A stretch of 64,000 bases of DNA from positions 936,315-1,000,314 of the forward strand of contig CAWJRG010000009.1 of NCBI GenBank assembly GCA_963845185.1. The letters run 5' to 3'. Every line of letters starts with the position of its first letter. Position 1 is the first letter of the stretch. The notes beneath the pieces were generated by a model that saw nothing but the letters and a program-made list of their open reading frames with translations, had not been told where the DNA came from and ran no database searches. Of the stretch, positions 29,703 to 39,370 are shown in pieces. Both the position numbers and the translations under genes were made by a program. Origin of the DNA: an uncultured bacterium. GTDB taxonomy: Bacteria > Oederibacteriota > PGYV01 > CAWJRG01.

Positions 29703-30479
29703 TCAATGGTATCTTTCCGTTTTCCTTCCCCCGCCTGCAATCCTGTAAATAATCCTTATAATGATAAACAGTATAAGAAGTATTATTATATACAAAATAT
29801 AAGGATTTTTCATCTCCACATAAACTTCTAAAGGATAATCTTTTTCAAAATTCTGTGCCTTTATTTTAACGGTGATGGGTAACGGCTGTGGTCCGTTATA
29901 ACCGTTAAGAACGTCTATAACATAACTCACTTCCCTGCTCTGTCCAGGTAATATATCCTGTAAATCCTTTTTCGTCGTAATCAGGACAATTTTGGGGTGT
30001 GTTGTGTTAAGCTCGCCTGTTGCGGCATAGGCAGTACCTCCACCCGTATTTTGAATATCAAATTGTACTCTTATCCGTTCGCCTGTATATAAAAGGCCGT
30101 AAATGTTTTCCGGCGTCCTTTCTTTCACAATAGCTTCTGTCGTAATATTCGATATCTTAAAATCTGAATACATTACAGGCGTTGGTGTAGGCACAGGCGT
30201 CGGTGCTGGTTTGTGTTTTTTCACCGGTTTGGGTGTAGGCTTTGGTTTAGGTTTGGGTTTTGGTTTTGGTGCAGGTACTTCTGTTGGTACAGGCGTTGGT
30301 TTCTCCACTTTGTCAACTGTACCTGCTTCAAGTGTATCCTGATCGTTTGATTTTTCTACAGCTCCGTTTTCAATGTAATTATCTTCGGCCGTAGGAATAT
30401 TTAAAGGTTCATCATCGCTTAAAATATATATGGCAGAAACAAATAATATTATAACTACCATAAACCATACTTTTTTCAT
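29703..30479 (-). CDS. Membrane-anchored protein with Pro/Lys-rich linker and Ig-like (CARDB-like) domain
   Basis: Signal peptide, PKPKPKPKP linker, FDIQNTGGG...LQDILPGQS, C-terminal TM and basic tail. Confidence 0.7.
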   Translation of the reverse strand: MKKVWFMVVIILFVSAIYILSDDEPLNIPTAEDNYIENGAVEKSNDQDTLEAGTVDKVEKPTPVPTEVPAPKPKPKPKPKPTPKPVKKHKPAPTPVPTPTPVMYSDFKISNITTEAIVKERTPENIYGLLYTGERIRVQFDIQNTGGGTAYAATGELNTTHPKIVLITTKKDLQDILPGQSREVSYVIDVLNGYNGPQPLPITVKIKAQNFEKDYPLEVYVEMKNPYILYIIILLILFIIIRIIYRIAGGGRKTERYH

Positions 30480-30598
30480 TATGAAACCTCCTGTTGTTAT
30501 TTTTTAATATATTTAAATTATAGCACGTACTTTTTCTTTGTCAATTTTTTGTTTTTCTTTAGTTCAACTTTTATTAAACCAAAAATGATTAATAAAGC

Positions 30599-31924
30599 TC
30601 ATTCCGCTTTTTTAAACTGCTTTTTTGCCTTTTGGGATTTACCGAGCTTCTCATAAACTGTGCCCAGTCCTATGTGCGCTTCATCATAATATGCTTTTGA
30701 TTTTGCCGCTTTTAAAAACTCCTTTTCAGCTGATTCATACTCTTTTTCTCGAAAAAACACCCATCCCAAACCTATATGGGCATTTAGCTTTTCAGGATCC
30801 AGTTCAATTGCCCGCTTAAAATTTTTTTCAGCATCTTTAATTTTGTCGGGCTGATATTCAAACCATTTATAATAAACCCAGCCCAGGCCTATATGAATAT
30901 CCGCTGAATCCGGTTCCATAGTTATTGCTTTCATGAATTCCTCTTCAGCATACCCCATCTTTCCTTGCTTGTAATATACGTTTCCTAGACCGGTACGCGC
31001 GCTGCAATAATTGGGGTTTATCTCTTTTACTTTCTTAAATTCCTTTTCGGCATCAACAAGGCATTCTCCTGTCTTCTCGTCCTTCCTGTAATAAACCCAG
31101 CCAAGCCCGTTATGAGCGTCTGGGTTATCTGGGCTTAATTCAATAGCCTTTTTAAATTCATGTTCAGCTTCCTCAAAGGCTGCCATGTGGTAAAAAACCC
31201 AACCAAGACCAACATATATCCCAGGTTCACGTGGATTTATTTCTATAGCCTTATTAAATTGCGTCTTTGCTTCTTTAAGGTTATCCTGGTGGTAATAAAT
31301 CCATCCAAGACCTATATAAGCGTCCACATACTTCGGATTAATTTTTAATGCTTTTTTATGCTCATTCACGGCTTCCCATAGTTTTGCCTGCTCAAAATAA
31401 ACCCCTCCGAGTTCAAAATGAGCATCGGCAAAATCCGGTTTAATGTCGATTGCTTCCTTGTATTCTTTTTCTGCCTCTTTTAATCTCCGCTGCGCAAAAT
31501 ATACTTTACCCATGCATACGCGGGCATCCGCGCGCTCAGAATCCACAGAAATTACCTTTTTGCATTGTTCTTCCGATTCCCGTAGCCTGTCCTGCCTGTA
31601 ATAAATTTCCGCCAGTGCAAGGTTGCCGTCAAGATATTTGGGGTTTATTTGTAACGCCTTTTTAAATTCCTTTTCCGCCTCATCTATTCTTCCTTCAGCC
31701 GTTAATACCTTGCCAAGGCAAACATGCAAGTCCGCAAAATCAGGATTTACAGAAATCTCGGTTTTAAACTTTTTTTCTATAATTTTAAGTTCAACTTTGT
31801 TTGTATAAAAATTATCAAGGCATTCCTGTATGCTCGAAGTACCAAAATCAAGTTCATCAGCTTCCTTTGGTGTATCTTCCTTCTTTTTTAATACATTTTT
31901 AATTTTTCTGAATAAACCTGCCAT
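30599..31924 (-). CDS. Cytoplasmic TPR repeat protein
   Basis: About ten repeats of A(H/Y).GLG.VY...AE.EFKKAI..NP; start placed at ATG 31924 (MAGLF). Confidence 0.9.
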   Translation of the reverse strand: MAGLFRKIKNVLKKKEDTPKEADELDFGTSSIQECLDNFYTNKVELKIIEKKFKTEISVNPDFADLHVCLGKVLTAEGRIDEAEKEFKKALQINPKYLDGNLALAEIYYRQDRLRESEEQCKKVISVDSERADARVCMGKVYFAQRRLKEAEKEYKEAIDIKPDFADAHFELGGVYFEQAKLWEAVNEHKKALKINPKYVDAYIGLGWIYYHQDNLKEAKTQFNKAIEINPREPGIYVGLGWVFYHMAAFEEAEHEFKKAIELSPDNPDAHNGLGWVYYRKDEKTGECLVDAEKEFKKVKEINPNYCSARTGLGNVYYKQGKMGYAEEEFMKAITMEPDSADIHIGLGWVYYKWFEYQPDKIKDAEKNFKRAIELDPEKLNAHIGLGWVFFREKEYESAEKEFLKAAKSKAYYDEAHIGLGTVYEKLGKSQKAKKQFKKAE

Positions 31925-32074
31925 ATTTTTCCTTTCTCTAAACTTATTACACCGCTCATTTGTCTTCACCTGCGGCATCTGTTAATTGTTAATATTATCA
32001 ATGTAGTGGCAAATTAGCAACAAAAATTTAAAACCTTATAACAGTATTAGTACAAATAAAAATGTTTTAAATTA

Positions 32075-32114
32075 AAATAAAGAAGCGCAGCATTTGAGCC
32101 GCGCCTCTTTATTT
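32075..32114 (-). terminator. Intrinsic terminator candidate
   Basis: Minus strand AAATAAAGAGGCGCGGC-TCAAAT-GCTGCGCTTCTTTATTT. Confidence 0.75.
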
Positions 32115-32137
32115 ATCTTTAAAGACTAGCCACTAAT

Positions 32138-32647
32138 TTATTTTTGTTCTGCTTTTCTTTGCTGCAATTTTTCCTTTAACTTTTCTCTTTCCTCGGGTGA
32201 CATATTTTGCCACTTTTCCTTCATTTTTTCCTTTATTTCTTCTTTCTTTTCAGGTGAAAGATTTTTCCATCTATCCTTTAATTTAGCCTTTATCTGATCT
32301 TTCTTTTCCCGAGGCAAACTTTCCCACCATGATTTAATTTTTGCTTTTGCTGCCTCTTTCTGCTCAGGCGTCATGTTTTGCCATTTTTCTTTCCAAGAAG
32401 CTCTCCATTTATCAATAGCCGCTTGTTTTTGTTCTGGCGTCAACGAATCCCATTTTGCCTCAACATTTGCTTTTACCTCTTGTTTCTGATCATCAGATAA
32501 GCCACTCCACCAATCTTTTAAACTTTGTTTTGTTTGAGGCGAGGCAACAGTTGGTTGAGCTTGCGGAGCAGTATTATCTGCGAAAGCCATAAAAACAAAA
32601 CTAAAAACTAAAATTACCGCAAAAACAACTGCTAAAAACTTTTTCAT
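32138..32647 (-). CDS. Secreted helical repeat protein with six W-x-x-(L/M)-(S/T)-P-E-(Q/E)-K-like units (DUF3106/Spy-like)
   Basis: Signal peptide ending AFA; WSGLSDDQK, WDSLTPEQK, WQNMTPEQK, WESLPREKK, WKNLSPEKK, WQNMSPEER. Confidence 0.75.
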   Translation of the reverse strand: MKKFLAVVFAVILVFSFVFMAFADNTAPQAQPTVASPQTKQSLKDWWSGLSDDQKQEVKANVEAKWDSLTPEQKQAAIDKWRASWKEKWQNMTPEQKEAAKAKIKSWWESLPREKKDQIKAKLKDRWKNLSPEKKEEIKEKMKEKWQNMSPEEREKLKEKLQQRKAEQK

Positions 32648-32710
32648 ATTTTCCTCCTTTCTTTACTAGGTTTGCAGGTTTGTGCCTGCTTATTTTGTTT
32701 CTTTGATAAA

Positions 32711-32740
32711 TTAGACGTTTTACTTTATACTAAGTTTACA
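32711..32740 (-). promoter_or_regulatory. ECF-sigma-type promoter
   Basis: Minus strand TGTAAAC-16 nt-CGTCTAA, matching the AAC-N16/17-CGT ECF pattern. Confidence 0.6.
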
Positions 32741-32899
32741 TTAATTTTTGCGATTTTGCTCACATGAATCCAAACGCCAGCTTGCTAACTAATAAATTAT
32801 ATAAATCCTTAGCTTTTATATTTTTCCTCAATATAAAAACATTGACTATATTTTTTTAAAATTATAAAATTCAAAAACTACTAAAATGGAGGTTGAACC

Positions 32900-33199
32900 A
32901 TGAACAAAGAACCGCTTGATTATCTCAAGGAAAAAGACATGGAATTTTTTAACACAATCTCATCCGCCAGGAAACTTGCTTATTCAGAAGGCGCATTATC
33001 TGAAAAAACCAAACTTTTAATTGCGCTGGCAATTGATGCTTCTAACGACGCGGTTAATGGCGTAAAATCACTTGCGAAGCAGGCCATGAATGCAGGCGCT
33101 ACCAAGCAGGAAATCTTCGAAACCTTAAGGATTGTTTATTTTATTTGTGGTGTAGGCAGCGTATATGCAGCAGTTCAAGCTTTAAATGAAATTTTATAA
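32900..33199 (+). CDS. Carboxymuconolactone decarboxylase (CMD/AhpD-like) family protein
   Basis: GALSEKTKLLIALA...AMNAGATKQEIFE pattern; lacks CxxC. Confidence 0.88.
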   Translation: MNKEPLDYLKEKDMEFFNTISSARKLAYSEGALSEKTKLLIALAIDASNDAVNGVKSLAKQAMNAGATKQEIFETLRIVYFICGVGSVYAAVQALNEIL

Positions 33200-33354
33200 A
33201 CATTTAAAGTTAACTATATGATGTAAAAATAGACAGCAACCATATGCGCAGTAAATTTCTTCGTATTGTTTGTTAAATTTATAACTATTATCATTAAAAT
33301 AATAAATTATCGACCCTGAATTCGTTGATTTCATATATTTTTACCAACATTGCG

Positions 33355-34074
33355 TTAAGCGAGTGTATTAAGTACTCTTTTAAAATCCTCTGGGATTTCC
33401 GCTTTGATCTCTACGGTTTCATTAGTTTTATAATGTTCAAACCTTAGCTTGCTTGCGTGCAGCGCCAGCCTGGAAATTTCAGCTTTGGGTTGCACCGGGA
33501 ATTCGATTTTTTGGCCTTTTACTCCGAACTTTCCTATCGCTTCTTTCCTGTTATAAATAGCATCCCCTGCTATAGGATGCCCAATATAAGCGAAATGAAC
33601 TCTTATCTGGTGTGTCCTTCCTGTCTTGGGAGCCGCTTCAACTAGCGAATAATCTTTGAATTCGTCAATTACTTTAAAATATGTAGTGGATTTTTTACCG
33701 TTTCTTTTATCCACTACCATTACGCCCTTTTTCTTTTTTAAAGGAGCTATGGGCAGTGAAATCACACCCTGCTTTTCTTCAACATATCCGATAACTAGCG
33801 CGAAATAGATTTTGGCGACTTCGCCTTTTTCCCATTTTATGCTAAGGTCCCTGTGTGCCTCGGCATTCTTGGCAAATAATATTACCCCGGATGTGTCCTT
33901 GTCAAGCCTGTGCACAATGAAAATTTTTCCATATTTATTTGTCAATAAATCATAAAGGTTTATTAACTCTTTGTTAAACCTGTCCGGTATTGCCAGCAAA
34001 CCATTAGGCTTATTTAATGCTATAATATCTTCGTCTTCGTATATTGTGATTTTATCAATATCCATGTCTGACAT
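33355..34074 (-). CDS. RluA-family pseudouridine synthase
   Basis: NKPNGL, HRLDKDTSG, TGRTHQIRVH, PIAGD, LHA. Confidence 0.96.
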   Translation of the reverse strand: MSDMDIDKITIYEDEDIIALNKPNGLLAIPDRFNKELINLYDLLTNKYGKIFIVHRLDKDTSGVILFAKNAEAHRDLSIKWEKGEVAKIYFALVIGYVEEKQGVISLPIAPLKKKKGVMVVDKRNGKKSTTYFKVIDEFKDYSLVEAAPKTGRTHQIRVHFAYIGHPIAGDAIYNRKEAIGKFGVKGQKIEFPVQPKAEISRLALHASKLRFEHYKTNETVEIKAEIPEDFKRVLNTLA

Positions 34075-34078
34075 TCAT

Positions 34079-35389
34079 TTAATCCGGCATCGGCGCTATT
34101 CCGACTTCGCCGGGTTTTATTATGCCTTTTTTTACATAAATCGGCCTGATAGCTTTTCTCATTTTCGGCAGGTTTACGGCAAAAATAATTGCGCCTATTA
34201 GGGAGCTGATGCCGGAAAAAACTATCGCGTGCCTCACTCCCATTGCCTTGGTAAGAGCGCCTATCAAAAGGTTGCCAAAAGGCGCTAGACCCGTAAATGA
34301 CACGGCATAAAAGCTCATTACCCTGCCCCTTTTATCGTCATCGACAAGGCTCTGGATTATTGTATTGCAGCTTGCTATCTGCACCATCATGCCTATGCTG
34401 GCCAAATATATTACTATCATGGAAAATATCATTTTGTTTGTGAAAGATAATACTACAAGCCCTGCACCGAATACAAAAGTGGCTGCTGATAAAACCCTTG
34501 ACAGGCCTACAACACTCCGCCGCGACGCGAGGTAAATGGCACCTGTTAGTGCGCCTGCGCCTACGCACGCCATCAAAAACCCGAATGTCCGCGGCCCGCC
34601 ATTAAGCACAAGCTTCGCGAAAACAGGCAACACTGTGACATAAGGCATGGACACGACGCTGGATAATCCCAGCAAAAATATTATTGTTTTAACAGGCGTA
34701 ATGCCGAAAGTATAATCAAAGCCCTCCTTAAGTTCATGCATTATCTTCTTTCTTACATCATGTACCTTTATTATTTTTGTGTTTATTAAAAAAAGCGCTA
34801 TTATTACCGCGATAAAAGAAAATGCGTTCACAAGAAAGCACATTCCCTCTCCAAATGCGGCTATAAAAATCCCGCCTATTGAGGGTCCTATAAACCTGGC
34901 GCCGTTGAATAAAGATGAATTCAGGGCTATGGCATTGCTCAAATCCTCCCTTCTTTCAACCATTTCTACAAAAAAAGACTGCCTTGCAGGCATGTCAAAG
35001 CCGTTTACAATGCCTAAAAATAAACTCAGCACAATTATGTGCCATACGTGTATTGATCCGGTCATGACAAGGATGGCAAGCACCAGTGCCTGCAGCATTG
35101 CTAGCGACTGTGTAACAATAAGTATTTTTCTTTTGTCGAGCCTGTCGCTAAAAACACCGGCAAAAGGAGGAATAAAAAGAAGCGGTATTTGGCCGGTAAA
35201 ACCTATAAAACCGAGCCATATGGGTGAGTTTGTAAGGCGGTATACAAGCCAACTCATGGCAATCTGTTGGAACCATGTGCCTATAAGGGATATGCCCTGT
35301 CCAAAAAAAAACAGCCTGAAGTTCCTGTGTTTTAAAGCCCTCAATGTGTTTTTAATATTTTCAAACAAAAAAGAATCTTTCTTTGCCAT
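34079..35389 (-). CDS. MFS transporter (transmembrane secretion effector type)
   Basis: ALKHRNFRLFF, GVFSDRLDKR, FDMPARQ, DDKRGRVMS; about 12 TMs. Confidence 0.92.
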   Translation of the reverse strand: MAKKDSFLFENIKNTLRALKHRNFRLFFFGQGISLIGTWFQQIAMSWLVYRLTNSPIWLGFIGFTGQIPLLFIPPFAGVFSDRLDKRKILIVTQSLAMLQALVLAILVMTGSIHVWHIIVLSLFLGIVNGFDMPARQSFFVEMVERREDLSNAIALNSSLFNGARFIGPSIGGIFIAAFGEGMCFLVNAFSFIAVIIALFLINTKIIKVHDVRKKIMHELKEGFDYTFGITPVKTIIFLLGLSSVVSMPYVTVLPVFAKLVLNGGPRTFGFLMACVGAGALTGAIYLASRRSVVGLSRVLSAATFVFGAGLVVLSFTNKMIFSMIVIYLASIGMMVQIASCNTIIQSLVDDDKRGRVMSFYAVSFTGLAPFGNLLIGALTKAMGVRHAIVFSGISSLIGAIIFAVNLPKMRKAIRPIYVKKGIIKPGEVGIAPMPD

Positions 35390-35402
35390 CTAAATCCCTT
35401 CG

Positions 35403-36704
35403 TCAATACCCTCCATCCAATATAAATTCCGTTATAGCCGCCCTTTCGTCGCGCCAGCGCCATGTATCATAAATATCAGTTATTTTGGCTTTAATGACAT
35501 CCCAAGGTTTAATCATTATTCTATGTGGAAGTTTAATTCTTTGCCAGTTCATTGTGTCATGGAGCTTGACGTTATATATTGGTTTGCCGTTCAGCAGTAT
35601 CTGCATTTTTTTTACTCTGGAGTAACTTCTCCATGTTTCCTTGTCTTTTGCAAAACCGTTTAAAATAAGAAACCCTGTCCATTTTATCTTCTTTTTTTTC
35701 TTTTCAAAAATAGGCGCAAAATACAGTTCGTCCATTTTAAAAACGATATATTGTCCTATACTTTTTTTAGGCTTTGGTATCCATGCAGTATTTAGGTTGT
35801 TGTCGTCTATATTTTTTGCGTCAAACTCCGGTTTATAAGTGGAAGAAGCCGAAATTCCCCATATCATGATATCATGAAGGCTTTTAACATTTCCTAGAGT
35901 CCCGTCATTAAACGAAAATACATCGTCGGTCATTGTGATTCCTGCTATCACCGGCAATGGTTTGGTTTTTTTCTTTCGTTTGTGCTTTTTATGTTTTAAC
36001 TTGCTTTTTGACTTTTTCTTTTTCTTAGCCTTTTGCTTGGTTTTTCCACCTTTTTCCGACTGGGATATAGCTGTTTGCTCTGCTGTAACCTTTTCCTGTT
36101 TAACCTTTGTTTGCTTGGCATTTGCTTTTGGCTGTGTTTCTGTTTGCTGTTCTGTTTGCGTTTCAGATCCTGTTACATCTGTCGTTTGCTCTTCCTTCGT
36201 CTCTGCACCTGTTACATCTGCACTTGACGCCACTTGTGTCTCTGACCCTGTCGTTTCTGTACCAGGTGCTGTCTGCGTTTCCGAAGCTGTTGTTTCTGTG
36301 CCAGATGCCGCCTGTGTTTCCGAGCCTGCTGCCTCTGTACCAGGCGCTGCTTGTGTCTCCGAGCCTGCTGCCTCTGTCCTAGGCGCTTCCTGTGTTTCCG
36401 AGCCTGTTGCCTCTGTACCAGGCGCTGCCTGTGTCTCCGAGCCTGTTGCCTCTGTACCAGGCGCTGCTTGTGTCTCCGAGCCTGCTGCCTCTGTCCCAGG
36501 CGCTGCCTGTGTTTCTGAGCCTTTTGACTCTGTCCCAGGCACTGTCTGTGTCTTTGAGCCTGAAGGCTGCTTACCGTGAGTAGTCTGTTGCACACTTACA
36601 TCAGGCTGGTCAACTCCAGAATAAAGCGCAGGCGAGATGTCATCTGCAAATATTAATCCCCAGCTTAATATAATAAATAAGCAAGGCAGTAAAACGCTCC
36701 TCAT
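35403..36704 (-). CDS. Secreted protein with 13-aa acidic tandem repeats, Lys-rich tract and C-terminal discoidin-like (NADase-type glycan-binding) domain
   Basis: Signal peptide; GSETQAAPGTEAA repeats; ISASS...NIDDNNLNTAW...NGFAK...SRVK...LHDT...Q. Confidence 0.75.
   Translation of the reverse strand: MRSVLLPCLFIILSWGLIFADDISPALYSGVDQPDVSVQQTTHGKQPSGSKTQTVPGTESKGSETQAAPGTEAAGSETQAAPGTEATGSETQAAPGTEATGSETQEAPRTEAAGSETQAAPGTEAAGSETQAASGTETTASETQTAPGTETTGSETQVASSADVTGAETKEEQTTDVTGSETQTEQQTETQPKANAKQTKVKQEKVTAEQTAISQSEKGGKTKQKAKKKKKSKSKLKHKKHKRKKKTKPLPVIAGITMTDDVFSFNDGTLGNVKSLHDIMIWGISASSTYKPEFDAKNIDDNNLNTAWIPKPKKSIGQYIVFKMDELYFAPIFEKKKKKIKWTGFLILNGFAKDKETWRSYSRVKKMQILLNGKPIYNVKLHDTMNWQRIKLPHRIMIKPWDVIKAKITDIYDTWRWRDERAAITEFILDGGY
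36132..36560 (-). repeat. 39-bp coding tandem repeat, about 11 units, decaying toward the 3' end
   Basis: Units such as GGCTCGGAGACACAAGCAGCGCCTGGTACAGAGGCAGCA encode GSETQAAPGTEAA. Confidence 0.92.
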
Positions 36705-36803
36705 CTTTCCTCCAAATATTTATTCAATTATGGAACTGATGGATACCATAAAAAAATCTCGGCTCTTTTAGGTCATCGCCGAGTTTCAGTTGCTTGTAAA
36801 AAA

Positions 36804-36831
36804 ATTATACCATGCTTTTCTTGCGTGTCAA
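36804..36831 (-). promoter_or_regulatory. Consensus sigma70 promoter
   Basis: Minus strand TTGACA-16 nt-TATAAT with extended -10 TG. Confidence 0.75.
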
Positions 36832-36998
36832 CAAAGGAAATCTTACAGGTTTCTTCACTAAAAGTTGAATAAATTGATTTTAGCCGGGTGCTTTTAAGCT
36901 CGTTTTATTTTTATCTTGACTTATACTTTAAATCGGGTAAACTCTTTGATGATATAATTTTTTATAATTATTGGCTTTAACAAGGAGGTTTTTGAATT

Positions 36999-38396
36999 AT
37001 GAAATTTTTGCGTTTTTTCATTATATTTTCAATAATATTCCTTATATCAGGCATAACAATCATATACGCAACAGATTCAGGTCCGGGTGAAGGGACGGCA
37101 GCAATGAACCCGGCTTCAGTTACTGCAGGCAGCACCGGAAACGCAGTTGTAATTACATACACAGCAGGGGCAACAAACGACTGGTCAGCCACAACCGGTA
37201 CTTTAGCGATTGTTATACCTGCTGGATGGAGCCCAGCTAGTATAAATAACGCAGATCCGGGATATTTTACGGTAAACGCTATTAATGGTAACATAGTTAA
37301 CAGCGTTACAGATGGCCAGACAATAACAATAACAGCTTCAAGTTCAGGCAGCAGTACTACCCTTCAGATAATAATAATTTATGGCGCAGGAACCGGAGCA
37401 ACAGCGTCTACCAATGCCGGTCAAGCTGTTTTTAATATTTATTCAGACCCGACAGATTCGAGTCCAATTATAATGGCATCAACAAGCCCGAGTATAAATA
37501 TTATAGCACCAACCGAAACACAGACCCCGACATACACACAAACAACCACCCTTACAATGACCCCAACATTCACGGAAACACCTACTCCGCTAAATACCCC
37601 TTATGGTGAAGGATTCGCAGTAATAATGCCTACGCAGGTAACAGGCGGGTCCTCAGGAAATATAATACAAATAGTATACACGGCAGGTGAAACAACCTGG
37701 GCCGCAGGCACATTAATAATAACAATACCTACAAATTCCGGATGGAGCCAGCCGAGTTTAATAAATACCGCACCTGGATATTACACAGTGAATATATCAG
37801 GTGGCGTGCTAGCTTCTACATATCCCGCATTAGTTGGTAATAATTGGGATATAATAGTACAAGTATCAAGCCTTGCAGCACATATAGGCACAATAACCGT
37901 TTCATATGGTTCCACATCAGCCGGAGGCTCTGGTGCTATGTCGCAAAATGTTCCCGGTATGGCACTATTTGTTGTGTCAAGCCAGCCAAATGGCAGCAAT
38001 GCTATCCCGATCAATGATTCTCCGTATTTAAATGTAATAATACCTACGCAGACACAAACAGTGACGCCATCTGCTACCGTTACGCCTACTGCTACAATTT
38101 CAATTCCGCAGCAGCAAGTATTTGCTTTCCCGAATCCTGTAAAAATAGGGCAAGAAATATTTTTTGCTTATCCGGTAAGGAACAATATATTACAAAATCT
38201 TAAAACAGTTAGAATTCTTATTTATACCGTAAACGGCGATAAAGCATACGAAGTTATTGATACTGCCCCTGACGGCTATACAAGGTTTGATACAAGCAAC
38301 ATGGCAAGGGGCGTTTATTTTTACCGTATTACCGCCGAATATACAGATGGGTCCACCGTAAAACAAGATTATCATAAATTCGCAGTGGTTAAATAG
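36999..38396 (+). CDS. Secreted protein with two homologous beta-rich domains, Thr/Pro linkers and T9SS-like C-terminal domain
   Basis: AAGGAGG RBS; duplicated GEG.A...P..VT.GS.GN....YTAG...W...GTL.I.IP..GWS..S....PGY.TV; FAFPNP...IYTVNG...RGVYFYRI...KFAVVK. Confidence 0.8.
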   Translation: MKFLRFFIIFSIIFLISGITIIYATDSGPGEGTAAMNPASVTAGSTGNAVVITYTAGATNDWSATTGTLAIVIPAGWSPASINNADPGYFTVNAINGNIVNSVTDGQTITITASSSGSSTTLQIIIIYGAGTGATASTNAGQAVFNIYSDPTDSSPIIMASTSPSINIIAPTETQTPTYTQTTTLTMTPTFTETPTPLNTPYGEGFAVIMPTQVTGGSSGNIIQIVYTAGETTWAAGTLIITIPTNSGWSQPSLINTAPGYYTVNISGGVLASTYPALVGNNWDIIVQVSSLAAHIGTITVSYGSTSAGGSGAMSQNVPGMALFVVSSQPNGSNAIPINDSPYLNVIIPTQTQTVTPSATVTPTATISIPQQQVFAFPNPVKIGQEIFFAYPVRNNILQNLKTVRILIYTVNGDKAYEVIDTAPDGYTRFDTSNMARGVYFYRITAEYTDGSTVKQDYHKFAVVK

Positions 38397-38410
38397 TGAG
38401 GAGGAGTAAA

Positions 38411-39370
38411 ATGAGTAAAAAGATTTTGCTTTTTTGGGGCATTATATTTTTATTTTATATAAAAATTCACGCAAACAGTGATCCTAATATAATCGAGGTT
38501 CCCCAGGACGTAAGCAGTGTTTCCGCGAAATATCTCGATATCGGCGTTGGAGCCGCCGCAGCCGGCATGGGCAACGCATATCAAGCTCTCGCAAAGGATG
38601 CTTCCTCAATATTCTGGAACCCGGCTGGCCTAGCAAACATGAAAAGAGAAGACGACGACTGGAATATATTCTTCGCTCACAACGTGTGGCTGGTAGATAT
38701 GTCGGATGACCATATAGCCGTCGCAAAAAACACAAAACCTTTCGGCGTTTTCGGTTTTGGAGTTTCTTATTACAATGAAGGTTCAATACAAAAATACGGC
38801 ATAGATTCTTCTTTGAATCCCATAAACATGGGCACAACTTTTACTCCTTTTGCATTTGTAGGCAATATTGCTTATTCAAATTCCATGGATAAGGACATTG
38901 ATTACGGCGTGAATATAAAATATATTTACGATAACATCGACAGCGATACCCTTCAGACGCTGGCATTTGATATAGGCGTAAAATATTTTTCTCCTTTGCC
39001 CGGCCTTCAATTTAATATTGTCGCGACAAATTTCGGAGGCAGGTTCAATGATTATGTCTTGGCAAAAGAACTTAGTTTCGATACGCTTTATTCCCTTGCA
39101 ATTGACAAATTTAAATGCAATTTTGATGCGGATGTTTGCGGCGAGGTAAACGTAAACCCTGTTTTCAGGGTTGGCGTGGAATTGGTTACACCTGCGATAC
39201 TTGTTATAAGAGCCGGATATCAGACCGATAATTCGGATGTAACCAGCGGAATAAGGAATATCACTCTCGGTTTCGGCATTAATGTTAATAAAAACTGCGT
39301 TGATTTTTCCTGGGAGCCATACGGCGAGCTGGGCAATGCGTTTAAATTATCTCTTACTTGCGGTTTTTGA
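38411..39370 (+). CDS. PorV/PorQ-family (FadL-like) outer-membrane beta-barrel
   Basis: LDIGVGA...GMGNAY.A...DASSIFWNPAGL N-terminal motif, amphipathic strands, terminal Phe; ATG 38411 behind GAGGAG. Confidence 0.85.
   Translation: MSKKILLFWGIIFLFYIKIHANSDPNIIEVPQDVSSVSAKYLDIGVGAAAAGMGNAYQALAKDASSIFWNPAGLANMKREDDDWNIFFAHNVWLVDMSDDHIAVAKNTKPFGVFGFGVSYYNEGSIQKYGIDSSLNPINMGTTFTPFAFVGNIAYSNSMDKDIDYGVNIKYIYDNIDSDTLQTLAFDIGVKYFSPLPGLQFNIVATNFGGRFNDYVLAKELSFDTLYSLAIDKFKCNFDADVCGEVNVNPVFRVGVELVTPAILVIRAGYQTDNSDVTSGIRNITLGFGINVNKNCVDFSWEPYGELGNAFKLSLTCGF

Noticed and set aside
36132..36560. CRISPR array
   Set aside because: Units are contiguous, in frame and lack unique spacers; no cas genes are present.
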